The position numbers were made by a program, and so were the translations under genes. The notes under the pieces were generated by a model. The model searched no databases. It was not told where the DNA came from and saw only the letters and a program-made list of their open reading frames with translations. DNA of 64,000 nt, from NCBI GenBank assembly GCA_051313645.2, contig JBNRSN020000016.1, positions 100,068,001-100,132,000 of the forward strand. The letters are read 5' to 3'. Origin of the DNA: Centroscyllium fabricii. Taxonomy: Eukaryota. Positions 1 through 11,002 of this stretch are shown piece after piece. How positions within the stretch are numbered: the first letter of the stretch is position 1; every line of letters begins with the position of its first letter.

Positions 1-1166
1 ATGGTGCGGAACTCGGTGCGCGCTATCTCCTGCTTGGCCGGGTCGAGCCTGTGGGCATGGACGGGAGGGCCTGTGGTCGTTATAAAATGCTCCACCCCGT
101 GTTTGGCCTGGCGGGCGGTGAACGTTGGGTTGGTTAGGGCGGGGAACTGTGCCAGGAGTGTGCCGTAGGCATCTGAGTCCCGGGAGCGGCATTGGGCTGC
201 CGCGTGGGCAAGGAGTGCGGGCCCTGTGGAGCATGGGATGGTCGTCATAGTATTTATGTTGACCAAGCGGCGCCGGGTTACGTCGACCAGTAGGCCGTAG
301 GCGCAGAGGAAATCTGCCCCGAGGAGGGGCGATGTGACCTGGGCCGTTACAAAATCCCAGGTGTACGCGTGGCTTGCAAGGGTAATTGTAAGCTTGCGGG
401 TGCCGTACGTTTTTGTATTGGAGCCGTTGGCCGCCGCTAGTGGCGGGCCCCGGGTGCCTTGTTTGGTTTCTGCAGGGGAGGCTGGCACGATGCTGTGCTG
501 CGCGCCTGTGTCGCAGAGGAACCTGAGGCCTGTGCCGCTGTCTGTGGCAAAGAGCAGTGCTCCTGTGTGGCCTACAGACATGGTGGGGGCTGAGTTGGGC
601 CGTGGCTTGAACGCGCATGGCTGGACGCAGCGGTGCGCTTTATGATCGAACCGCGTGTGGTAGTAGCACCAGCCGGTGCTAGAGGGACGCGGTTGCCTAG
701 GTGGGCGCGGGGCCCTAGGTTCAGGCGTAAAGTTATGCCTAGGGGGTGATTGGCTGCGCTCTACCGATGCGGAGTTAGGGTCGCACGTGGTTGAGCGGGT
801 GCGCTGCGCCTGCATGAGCCTGTCGGCTTCCTCTCCGAGCTCGTCATCGCTCCGTTGGCCAAGGGCCGCCAAGGCCGGTCTGATGGCGCGGGACAGTTTA
901 AGGAGGAAGACGGTGCCAAAGAGGGAGGCCGGGTTGGGTGTGAGCGCTTGCATCTGACCTAAGAGGTCCGATGGGTCTGCGTCCCCGAGTTCGGGGAGGT
1001 CGAGGAGCTGGCAGTCGCGCTCGAATTGGGAGGGGGTAATTTTTTTTATAAGCGCGGCCTTGAGTGCTTCATACCTGCCTGCGGTGGGCACATGCTGTAT
1101 TTTTGACCACAACCGATCGTCGTCTGTGGTAGAGCTGAGAACACCAGGTCGTAGCGGTCGTCCCCC

Positions 1167-2241
1167 TCAATTCAAGTTTTATTGTCATTGCAGAGTACTA
1201 GTACAATACAACGAGACGAAGACTCGACTCTCCCGAGAGTAGTGTAGACAAAAGAAATAAATTACATAAATAAATTGCATACAGTAAAGTTCATTATCAG
1301 GCGTGCAGGTACCGGAGTTTCTTTTTAGAGTTCAGGAGGCTGACAGCCCTGGGGAAGAAGCTGTTCTGAAATCTAGTCGTGCGGGTGCAAATTGCTCTGT
1401 AGCGTCTCCCGGAGGGCAGAGGGGCGAACAGACTGTGGCTGGGGTGTGTGGGGTCTTTTATAATGTTCATAGACCTCCGTAAGCAGCGTTTGAGGTAGAT
1501 GCTTTCCACTGACGGTAGCTGTGTACCGGTAATTCGTTGGGCAGTTTTGACTACCCGCTGCAGGGTTTTCCGGTCCGAGATAGTGCAATTACCATACCAG
1601 ACAGTGATGCAGCTTGTCAGTATGCTTTCTATTGTGCAGCGGTAGAAGTTGGAGAGGATGCCGGATGACAGCCTGGCTTTCTTCAGCTTCCTAAGGAAGT
1701 ACAGGCGCTGTTGGGCCTTCTTAACCAGAGAGGAGGTGTTTAGTGACCAGGAGAGATCTTCCGAGATGTGGACCCCGAGGAACTTGAAGCTGGACACCCT
1801 TTCCACCTCAGCCCCTTGGATGAAGATGGGTGTGTGTCTTCTGCTTCCAGTCCTCCGGAAGTCCACTATGATCTCCTTCGTTTTCTTGGTGTTCAGTGCC
1901 AGGTTGTTGTCGGCACACCAACCCACAAGGTGCTGGATCTCATCCCTGTAGGCTGACTCGTCGTTGTTGGTGATCTGGCCAACCACCGTGGTGTCATCCG
2001 CGAACTTGATGATCGTGTTGGAGCCATGGACAGCCGCACAGTCGTGAGTGAAGAGGGAGTAGAGGAGGGGGCTGAGCACACAACCTTGTGGGGCCCCCAT
2101 GTTCAGGGTAAGTGGGGGGGAGGTGAGGTTGCCTAACTTCACAGACTGTGGTCTGTTGGTTAGGAAGTCCAGGGTCCAGTTGCAGAGGGAGGTGTTCAGG
2201 CCGAGGGTGAGGAGTTTGGTAGACAATTTGCTGGGGACGAT
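1167..2241 (-). mobile_element. 5'-truncated Rex1/Babar-type LINE inserted in the Gypsy gag
   Basis: RT C-terminal ORF ([38 protein letters not shown]) and a short TTGAA-repeat tail. Gag homology resumes on both sides. Confidence 0.9.
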
Positions 2242-2250
2242 GTGTGCCAT
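1297..2250 (-). CDS. Rex1/Babar reverse transcriptase, C-terminal 317 aa (open but 5'-truncated)
   Basis: ORF track shows PQG and FADD RT motifs; no endonuclease domain. Confidence 0.85.
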   Translation of the reverse strand: MAHIVPSKLSTKLLTLGLNTSLCNWTLDFLTNRPQSVKLGNLTSPPLTLNMGAPQGCVLSPLLYSLFTHDCAAVHGSNTIIKFADDTTVVGQITNNDESAYRDEIQHLVGWCADNNLALNTKKTKEIIVDFRRTGSRRHTPIFIQGAEVERVSSFKFLGVHISEDLSWSLNTSSLVKKAQQRLYFLRKLKKARLSSGILSNFYRCTIESILTSCITVWYGNCTISDRKTLQRVVKTAQRITGTQLPSVESIYLKRCLRRSMNIIKDPTHPSHSLFAPLPSGRRYRAICTRTTRFQNSFFPRAVSLLNSKKKLRYLHA

Positions 2251-2477
2251 GTGTGCGGCAGCTGGTCTCGATGCACATGAACCAACCCGCTGGCCGTTGC
2301 TCCCAGAACTCGGGTAGAGTTAGTCCACGTCCGGCGTTCTGGCCAGCTCCTTGCGTTCGTGGAGCTTGGTTCCTTGGGTTTACCATGTTTTCTTATTTAA
2401 AAAGTTCTTTGGCTGGTGGTCCCAGATCCTGCGGCAGCTTTTCTTCTCTGGAAGTCGTTCCAGTTCGGGGTCACCAC

Positions 2478-2722
2478 TGTAGCGCCGGCAGGGCCTAGGA
2501 ACCACACGTGAGCCAGAGCTAGAGAAAACACAGCTTTATTACACTAAGTAAAACAAGAAAGAGAGTGAACCACTCGCAACAAGCGTATTTATACAGTCCC
2601 GCGGTTGGTGACGTCATCGCGTCGGCCGACGTGGTGACGTCGTCGCGTCACCCGGATGAGCGGGGCTTTGCTCCGTGGAGTTCCCGTGGCGGATTCGCTG
2701 TCTCAGTGGGCGTGCCGCCACA
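2478..2722 (-). repeat. 5' LTR (245 bp) of the first Gypsy element
   Basis: Starts TGTGGCGGCACGCCC, like the LTR at 33665. Ends CTACA immediately before the PBS. Contains TGACGTCA (CRE-like), TATAAA and AATAAA on the minus strand. Confidence 0.85.
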
Positions 2723-3199
2723 GTTTTATACATTTCTTAAAGAAAACTTAGAACTGAACTGTTGTGTATTTGACTAATGCACAGTAAAATATAAATACAG
2801 GTAGCTGTACAGGTAGTACCCTCCTGTTTGCCACAAAAAACTATTAAAATGTAAACTTGCTAGAATTTGAAAGGTGATGAATGTGCACTGCCAATGAAAA
2901 ATCCTATGTTCCCAGAAATACACGTTGCAGTTGACACTAATTCAACCCATTTTGCTCGGAGTATTCTCCAACATAATTGTTACCTGTGAAATGTAGTTTG
3001 GTACAAAATATTAATGTCTTCATTTGCATAATCTTTTGAATAAAGAAAATTGCAACCTGGCTGGTATGTATTTAAATTTCAAAGACTTAAATGGCATATT
3101 AATTCAAACTTTCTATTATAATTTTCTTTAGACTCAAAAGGAAGATGTATTTTAATGAAGTCTACATATATCTGTAACACTGCTTCTTTCAATCAGTTT

Positions 3200-3690
3200 T
3201 CTGCCCCTGCCAAAGCACAAGCCATCCTAACTAAAGTCACAAATGGCATCCTCTGTGGCTGTATGCCTGTGGTTCCTCTTTCACCCTATCTGTAGCTTTT
3301 GTCATGATTGACTGCACCATCCTCTTCCAATGCCCCTCCTCTTTGATCTTGCCATCGCTTGACTGCACTCTTGTCTATCTGATCTTGGCCAGTGTTTAAA
3401 TCCCTTCATGGCCTTGCCCCCCTCTATCTCTGTAACCCCTCCAGGCCTACACACTCCTCCACTTCTGGCCTTTCTTGCCTCACGATAACGGCCTTGCCTT
3501 CAGCTGTCTCTAGGCCCCTTGCTCTGTATTTGTTCATCAAAAAGTTGACTAAAGAGGTGGATTTTAATCGACCCTCTTAACTCCTCCAGCTATGCCTTGG
3601 ATACTATTTTTTACTTACACCTTTGTGAAGTGCCTTGTGATTTTTTTAAAATGTTAAAGGCACTATATAAATGCACATTGTTATTTTTTC
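3200..3690 (+). mobile_element. Degraded L2-type LINE fragment with 3' end
   Basis: FKSLHGLAPLYL motif and tail GTGAAGTGCCTTG...TAAAGGCACTATATAAATGCA, shared with 62500-62832. Confidence 0.6.
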
Positions 3691-3753
3691 CTTGGCTAAT
3701 ATTAAGTGCTAGATGTTTTACCAAATCATAGGTTGTAAAAGTTTGTGAATTAG

Positions 3754-4560
3754 AGGGGGGCATTTTTCTGGAAGGGCGGGAACCTGGCGGTGATTGGTCT
3801 GGGCGGCTTCCGGTCCCGTCCACCCAAACAGCTGGGAAGCCCACGCAATTTTAGTTTAATTAGGTTGTTAAATCCCCGTCGGCGGCAGCGGGAGGTAATT
3901 AGGTCAATCGAGTCGGGCTGCAGCGGGGCTGTGAGCAGCTTGATTGACAGTTCCAGCACTGGTTGTTGTCAGTTCCCATGGAAACACTCCACTCTGACAT
4001 CACAGTGGAGTGGAGCCAATGGGAAAGGCCAAGTGCTGGTGACTGACAGGTGGGCGGGCGGGCTCAGAATCCCTCGCAGCGGCTGTGAGGACATGTTCAG
4101 AACTGAGATTGCTCAATTTCTGGTCAGAGCTGCTGGCGCAGGCAGAACAGAGTAACTTACTCCTCTAAGGTGCTGGAGGCATGCCAAGCATTTGGCAGCA
4201 TGTCCTTCACACCTTGAAGGAGAAAGTAATACATGTAAGAAGTCACACAACACCAGGTTATAGTCCAACAGTAATGACCATCGCTGTGCTCCCGCTGGGT
4301 TTCACCAAGCGGGGTTTAGGGTGGCGGGGTTAAGGCGGGAAACATGGCAAAATGGCTCAGGGCCCTTAAAATGGCATTAAAGATGCTAATTAAGGGCCCT
4401 TAACGAGGTGACAACCCATCGCCGGCGGCAGGAAGGTTTCGGGGCGGGGAATCTGGGCGGGCGAAAATGAGAAAGCGGCGGGGAGGGGCAGGACCCGCCG
4501 GTTCTGCTATTTTGCCGGCCGGGCTGCCGAAAACCCCGCCAGAGTCTCTATTCTGAGAGA
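3754..4560. mobile_element. GC-rich putative non-autonomous DNA element; contains a short Penelope-like fragment (4237-4271)
   Basis: A GC/CpG-rich island in AT-rich intron, with loosely complementary ends. 4237-4271 matches the short repeat at 47023-47150 in reverse. Confidence 0.4.
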
Positions 4561-4575
4561 TACTAAATACATATA

Positions 4576-5061
4576 CAGGTTGTGCACCATTAATCCGCCA
4601 CGGGCGGGACCAGGCCCGTGCCGGGAAATGGAAAAAACCGGGAGAACGAGTTTGGACACTGCGCATGCGCACCATTGCGATTGGCTGGCGCGCGCATGCG
4701 CAGATCGGGCCCGGGTCCACCGTCCCTCTCCATCGCCTTTGGGGTTGCTGCTGCCGCCGAGCGGGACTCAGGCTGACAGCTGTTGCCTAGTGACTGTCCG
4801 CCTCAGTCACGGGGCTCAGCTGTCAAAAATAACGGGCGGCCGTATTGAATTATCTGTGCATGCGCTAACCGTCCGGTGACGCATGCGCAGATCATTCAAA
4901 ACACCCGCAGCTGTTTTGAATGATCTGCGCATGCGCAGATCATTCGCTGAAGCCACGATGGCGGCTGCCATTTTGCGCATGCGCAGTGCAGTCGGGGCAA
5001 TTTGTGCCGGCAGACTGAAGCTGCCGGCTATTCGGGACACGGATTTTCGGCGCACAACCTG
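4576..5061. mobile_element. Tc1/mariner (pogo/Tigger-like) MITE, NRF1/YY1-rich family, copy A
   Basis: TIR CAGGTTGTGC...GCACAACCTG, TA on both sides, repeated GCGCATGCGC and GCCATTTT motifs. Confidence 0.85.
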
Positions 5062-5620
5062 TAGTACCAAATGGCCAAATATTCTGTTAGCATAAACCAA
5101 AAGGTTAGTCTACTTAGAATGATTCTATTTGCACAGTCTCATTTCACCATGAAGTTCCCATGTCACCAAATGTCTAACATTGATCATGCAGGCGCAAAGA
5201 GATTGCAGCTGTTGCTCAGCTATAAGAATAATCTGGGTTAATTATAGGTGAAGGCTGCTGCTATGGTGAAAGTTGACACCATATCACTCGCAGGTTGCAC
5301 TCAGTCACAGACATCTAAATATACTTTACTAAATAATCTGGTGCAGCTACAGGGCATCTCTACACAGCTACAGCTGTTAAAACCATGCATCTAGATGACA
5401 AGCAATAGGTTCTGTCTGTCAAGTGTTGCCCTTAAGCTTCCTTGAGCCTTACTGTTAATCTTGATTAACTGGGTAATAATTACTTCCTAAGGTCTAGATG
5501 TTTTTGGAATTAACTGGACCGTCTCTGGGAATGGCAAGCACATATAACAAATAAATTGATCACTGTTTGTATTTTAATTACAATTGATGCTCGTGCTAGA
5601 TTTTCATTTTCATTGCCAAG

Positions 5621-5784
5621 GCGGTAATCTAGCGGAGTGGATTGTCCGGCCATTATGGAACTTGCCTGGTTTACATTCTGTTGAATGGAATGGAAATTGG
5701 ACAGGTTCTGCGAGGAGTTGGCGATGCACTATGCCAGGAAACCACCCAGACGGTGAAGATGAAAATCTCATGTCTACAGATTAA
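5621..5784 (+). CDS. Candidate NFATC3 alternative exon (phase 1): GGNLAEWIVRPLWNLPGLHSVEWNGNWTGSARSWRCTMPGNHPDGEDENLMSTD*
   Basis: Pyrimidine tract and AG at 5620; open in phase 1; AATAAA at 5792. An internal donor CG|GTGAAG after 5752 would give a symmetric 132-nt cassette. Confidence 0.45.
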
Positions 5785-6142
5785 TTCTGTAAATAAAATA
5801 TTTTGAGTGTTAAAATTCTGTTTATTGCAGTTTAAAATTGTGGTATTGTATGAGAACCATTATAAACTTACTGTTGACTTCACCCCAGTGTTATCATAAA
5901 CTACAATGTTGATAAATCAACAAAAAATAGGCTGTGAAGAAAGTGAAATGCATAATTATTGTTACATTTCAAAATGTGTTGCATTTCTGCTAAAAAATTA
6001 GCCAGGGTAATGAGTTACATTTTATTTTTGTTATAAAATTATAATGCTGTGACTACCTTCCACAAAAGCATTTATCTATGTTTGATGTATTTAACTCCTT
6101 TTTATAGGAGAGTGTCTCAAATGGTTCCCCTATAATCTAAAG

Positions 6143-6459
6143 CAGGGGTCCCCAACCGCCGGGCCGCGGCCCGGTATCGGGCCGTGGAACATTTTTACCG
6201 GGCCACAGCCGCAGAAGGAATGTTCGCCCCCAGCACCCCCCGCCCCGCCCCGGGCCGCAGCCGGCGAAGGAATGTTCGGCGCCAGCACCCCGGGCCGCAG
6301 CCGCAGAAGGAATGTTCGACGCCCGCACCGCAGCACCCCCTGCCCCGGTCCGCGAAACCCCCCCCCCCCCGCCAGCACCCCCCCCCCCCCCCCCCCGGTC
6401 CGTGAAAAAATTGTGTAGCTCAAAATGGTCCGTGGTCCAAAAAAGGTTGGGGACCGCTG
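6143..6459. mobile_element. hAT (Charlie-like) MITE
   Basis: TIR CAGGGGTCCCCAACC / GGTTGGGGACCGCTG; perfect 8-bp TSD ATCTAAAG (6135-6142, 6460-6467); three internal GC-rich tandem units. Confidence 0.92.
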
Positions 6460-8005
6460 ATCTAAAGTGCTGAGCTAAATAAACAACTTGCAAGTTTGTT
6501 GGCAGGTTTACGGTTCTTTTCTCTTATCATTAAACCTGCATCTTTCTAGTTAAAAAAGTAGTTTTATTTTATTTTCAATTTGGGACTTGCACTAAAATTG
6601 CATCAAATGATTGCTTTCTATTTAAAAACCTGTTTTGACAGAAATGTTCTTATGGATTTCCCTTCAAAAGCGAGTTTGTGGATTTTCGGCTGGTTTAGAA
6701 AGCGAATGTGAGCAGTATGTGACCCTATTCCCTTCCAGGCCACATGTACTTTTCCAGTAAGTGGCAATTATTGAGTCTGTAGAGATTTATGGAATGGGAC
6801 AATCCATCATCCTACTTAAGCAAGATGCAGAGAGTACATTACAGACCTAAAGTAAATAGTTTTCTGTGAGAAATATCTATATTGGAAAAGATAATGCCTT
6901 GTCTTGGTGGCATGTGAGGTAATGGTGTATAACATACAATATGAATTGTGTAAAAAATAACACACAGACAGACCTTCACCAATTTGCAAAGGAATATTTT
7001 TACATGTGCTGGCACAAAAACAATTATCCTCGTGTACTTCAAAAATGAATGCTGTCTCAATTAACATAGTGGTGTTGAAGATGACTTCAGACAAGGTATT
7101 TTCGGTTCCTGAGTATTACATAATCTGTTGACACAACCAAACAATTTTCCAAGAGGTGGTACTAGAAGAAAGATGAATGTTTTGAAGTGATATCTCAACT
7201 CACCAAAACTAATTCCACTTTTTAGTCTCGTGAATGTGGTTTCTTTTTTAGATGTTTTTGTCTGATAGGAGAAAAAAGAGATTTCATAATTCCCTTTAAG
7301 CTGCTCACATCTTTTTTCCCCACTATTCAGAAACTGAATCACTATACTGATTATCTTGACACATCTGCGAGTTCTGCCTTATTTCCATGCCTGCCCACAT
7401 TTTATAGCCAAGGTGCTGCGCTGCATTCATGTGGCAATGTTAAATTTGAAATTTAAAATAGTTATTCTTCCTTTCTCAGTACCCTTCTTGTTCCACAGGA
7501 GTAAATTCAGGTTGCCAATAAGGAGAATGAGTGTGAATGCATTTCCTGAGAGAATTTTGTGTGAGCAATTCCTTACTTTGCATCATGTAAAGGTACATCT
7601 TGGGCTGGCGTGTCTGTTTATAATCACCTTAGTGGCAATGCAGGTACTCTTCACTGCCATCCTTGTACAGTATTGTTCTGTTAGTTGTATGCTACACTTT
7701 CATCTCAACCTTCGACGAGTAAAATAATTTTATTAGGTTTTACAAATTAGACGATATGCAATTTACGCTTTTACATTTAACGTGGGGTAATGTTCCACAC
7801 AAACCATGCAGAATTATCTGCAGTGCTGGGAGGACAGCCTGCAGAGTGAGTCCAGGAAAGCTTGCAGGGAGCTAGTTGATACCAGTTATCCCAAGGAGTT
7901 GGGGGGGGGGGGTCTCTGGAGTCTGAGATGCCTGGTCCCAAAACCGGTTACTGCTCTTGCTGTGGTTTAGATCCCTTGATGTCAGCTTGTATGTGGAATC
8001 AGCTA

Positions 8006-8319
8006 CAGGTACACAATCCTTTATCCGCGACTCCGAAAACCGAAATTTCAAATGACCCGAGTTGCATGCAAAAAATGACCTGACGTGACCCACGCAGGTC
8101 AGAGGCGTCAGTATCTGACCGCTGATCTCCGATATTTTTGTGAATTTGTGTCGTTATTTTTGGGAAAAATGCCTAAAAGAGCAGCAGACTTGACCCACTT
8201 TTGTGAATATTTACAAGATTCGCTGCAGAAAAACGTATGTTAATGCAACCATTCCGAAAACCGAAATTATCCGAGAACCGCCCGGTCCTGAGGTTTTTGG
8301 ATAAAGGATTGTGTACCTG
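8006..8319. mobile_element. Tigger/pogo-like MITE
   Basis: Perfect 21-bp TIR CAGGTACACAATCCTTTATCC, TA on both sides. Confidence 0.9.
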
Positions 8320-8952
8320 TAGTACAACACTGGCTATTACTGAACATCATTCCAGCTTACTGCTAGCTGGCCCCAGGCTTGATGAAAAGGTGATGTTTGT
8401 GGCAATGTTGGAACTGACTGACAACACCTCTTTTGCTCATTAATAATTCCTTTTCTAAATAATGCTCAATTCGCCTAGGCTGCTGGAGAAAAACGCACTT
8501 AATCTGAGAAGTGTCCAGAACTAACGAGCGAGAAATCGTTTGAGCTTTGCTCCAAAACACATATGGTATTGGTAGGCCTTGAGATTGCCAGTACTTCTGC
8601 GGATTCTTGGGAACACTTGATCCCCAACTGCTAAAATTAATCAGGGCATGCATCAACACTCTTCTATCTGAAGTGTGAACTTGTCCACATTGTGATTTCT
8701 ATCCAATGGTTCTTTAAGCCGTCTTCCCACTTACTGCTGTCAGAGTTGGTGAATGTACCTAATTATGGACACCTTGACTCCAAGAGCTGTAGGAGGTACA
8801 GAGTGTTCACCTCATCTGCTAGTCTCGTCAATTTTTGAAATGGGGTAATTGTATATGATCGCAATTTTCCCTTTGTAGATGAGTTGATCTTGGGCGTCAG
8901 GAAACATCATCTTTCTGCTTCCTTAGCTGCTTCTAGATATACTAGTTTCTCT

Positions 8953-8990
8953 TTGCCTGACGAAGGGGCAAAAGCTCCGAAAGCTTGTGA
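8953..8990 (+). ncRNA. Minimal type I hammerhead ribozyme-like motif in a Penelope-like short repeat (8948-9046)
   Basis: UUGC-CUGACGA-A-GGGGC AAAA GCUCC-GAAA-GCUU-GUGA: catalytic boxes, stem II, palindromic AGCU in place of stem III, and a wobble helix I. Confidence 0.6.
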
Positions 8991-9485
8991 TTTAAAATAA
9001 AACGTTGGACTTTAAACCTGGTGTTGTGTGACTTTTTGCATTTGTCTAGATATACTGGCCTTTTGATGCCATTAATGCCAGAGCAGCCTGGGGTCAGAAT
9101 GTCTTGGTCCGAGAAGGCCTTGCTGAAAATTAGCCCATCAGTTTTTGACTTCTGTTTTAGTGTGCTTTTTATGCTCAATGGGAAATGTGGCAGGATCTGA
9201 ATAATGCTCACCGATGCTGGACCTGGCAGACACATCAACTCTGACTGTTATATCTGTTGTTGGGGCTTTTGTGTTTGACAGCTGTCATGTACCTAGTCTG
9301 GCAGAAGCATGATGAAATACAGATCCAGGAAAATAAAAGAGGAATTCGAATGACTGACCACTTAGGATGTGCATAATATTCCCTGAAAGACATTTTACAG
9401 AAGTCAGTAGCCCATCACCAAATATACTGGACATTCTTGACTCTGAGGATTTATCAAAGACCTCAGCATTGATTTGCTTAAACAG

Positions 9486-10179
9486 TGCCCCAGAAATTCA
9501 GGTTTGAGGCTTCCCGCATGTGTAAGCCTCCAACCTGCACTTACCTTGCGCGCCGGCCATTGAGCTGTGGGCCCGCGTGGAATTCCGATCCAGGGCCTGC
9601 TTCAACTGCCGGCGCGCTGTGCTCACGTATCCCAGCGGCGCAGATAGTGCGATGCGTCCTCTGAGATCACGTGGACAACGGAGAGCCATTCAGAGCAGAG
9701 AATGCTCCATTCATAAGTTTGACAGGAAGAGCTGTCAAAACTATGAAAACTACAAGCCCAAAAACATCATTTGTAAAATAACTATAAATTATATGAAATA
9801 ACTATTTTAAACAATTTAAATTTTTGAAAAAATTAATTATTTTTCATAACGGGGCTAAAAATGAACTTACCTTTCTTTAAAGTATTTAAAAATAATAAAC
9901 TTGTGGAAACAATGTTTTAATTTGAATTAATTCAGCGCTTACCTTGTTTCGTGTTTAACTTTTTCTCACTTACCCGGACAGAAAAACCTGAAAAAAAGCG
10001 TAACTTTAATGCGCACACGTTGCCGCGCACGCGCTTCACTTCGTAGCCCCTTAGTTTGGGGAACTGAACTGCCGGTTTCCCGCAAATGCTCAGTGCATGC
10101 AGGAAACCAGCACTTTCGAATGGCCTACACGTGAGTACCCCGTCCGTACTCGCATGTTCAGAGCCCAATTTCTGGGCCC
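9486..10179. mobile_element. Non-autonomous TIR element (possibly Harbinger-like) with AT-rich core
   Basis: Ends TGCCCCAGAAATT / AATTTCTGGGCCC. The AT-rich centre (GGGGCTAAAAA...TACCTT) resembles those at 43350-43530 and 48250-48460. Confidence 0.6.
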
Positions 10180-10756
10180 GTGTGTTCCTCGGCATAATAT
10201 CCATTATTACAGTTGCATGAGGATTTATGGTCATCCTGCAGATGAGCTTTCACTGCACAAATTCTACCTATTATGAACTCTACTCAACCCATTTAGTCTT
10301 CTGAAGGAGAAGTTATGTATAAATACTCTCAGATTCCAAAGGTAATTTAGCAAAACTAAAAATATTTATCCATCTTCAAATCCTCATTATTCAGTGCCCA
10401 ACTACTGCCCTGTATACATTATACTTTCCCTTTCCCCCACTGTGGAGGTCAGCTCATTGCTCCTTTTAACCCTCTTGAACATATATCAATACCCTTTTGA
10501 TAGGTGTACATAATTGCATACATTATTCCAAAGGTGGTTTCACCATACAAGGTTGGAATAATGTTGTTTGACTTGAAGTCAAATGTTCTTGAAGCATAAC
10601 TGAGTGTTTGATTAGATTTGTTAAGTTTTGTGTTGACTGTAAACTTTCATGAGTAAATAATAATCATACAGTTTTTCTTTTGCTTTAATTGTGCATTTGG
10701 TGTCGCCTAATATACCATGTATTACTTTAAACCTTGTGTATGATGTGTTGCATATC

Positions 10757-10862
10757 TGCAAGAAGTCACACAACACCAGGAATAGTCCAAAATACTATAA
10801 CCTGGTGTTGTGTGACTTCTTGCATTTGTCCACCCCAGTCCAACACTGGCACCTCCACATCA
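10757..10862. mobile_element. Penelope-like short repeat in inverted (palindromic) configuration
   Basis: TGCAAGAAGTCACACAACACCAGG...CCTGGTGTTGTGTGACTTCTTGCA inverted pair, followed by the same 3' end as 47023-47150. Confidence 0.65.
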
Positions 10863-11002
10863 ACATAAGATACAAGTGTTGCATATCAAATGTGCATTTA
10901 ACACTTTTAAATCTGAACATCACAGTCTGTCTGGTACATTTCAATGACTGGCTTAAACAATCCGAAAATGTTCAGTTAACCATTCTAGTTTGCCCAGATA
11001 TT

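Larger units (their letters stand above)
1..2722 (-). mobile_element. Gypsy LTR retrotransposon (CsRn1-like): 5' LTR, PBS, gag-protease-start of RT; degenerate, interrupted by a Rex1 LINE, runs off the window start
   Basis: The minus-strand translation ([66 protein letters not shown]) parallels the 1308-aa ORF at 34039-37965. The TG...CA LTR at 2478-2722 is followed by PBS TGGTGACCCCGAAC (2463-2476). Confidence 0.92.

Noticed and set aside
5655-5752. Possible selenoprotein frame MELAWFTFC-TGA-MEWKLDRF
   Set aside because: No CxxU/CxU match to a known family and no SECIS seen; the phase-1 NFATC3 frame explains the island better.
8879-9000. Phase-1 tail DELILGVRKHHLS... resembling NFATC2 ELIDTHLS, ending CDLK*
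   Set aside because: The similarity is too short and the end comes from a Penelope-like repeat.
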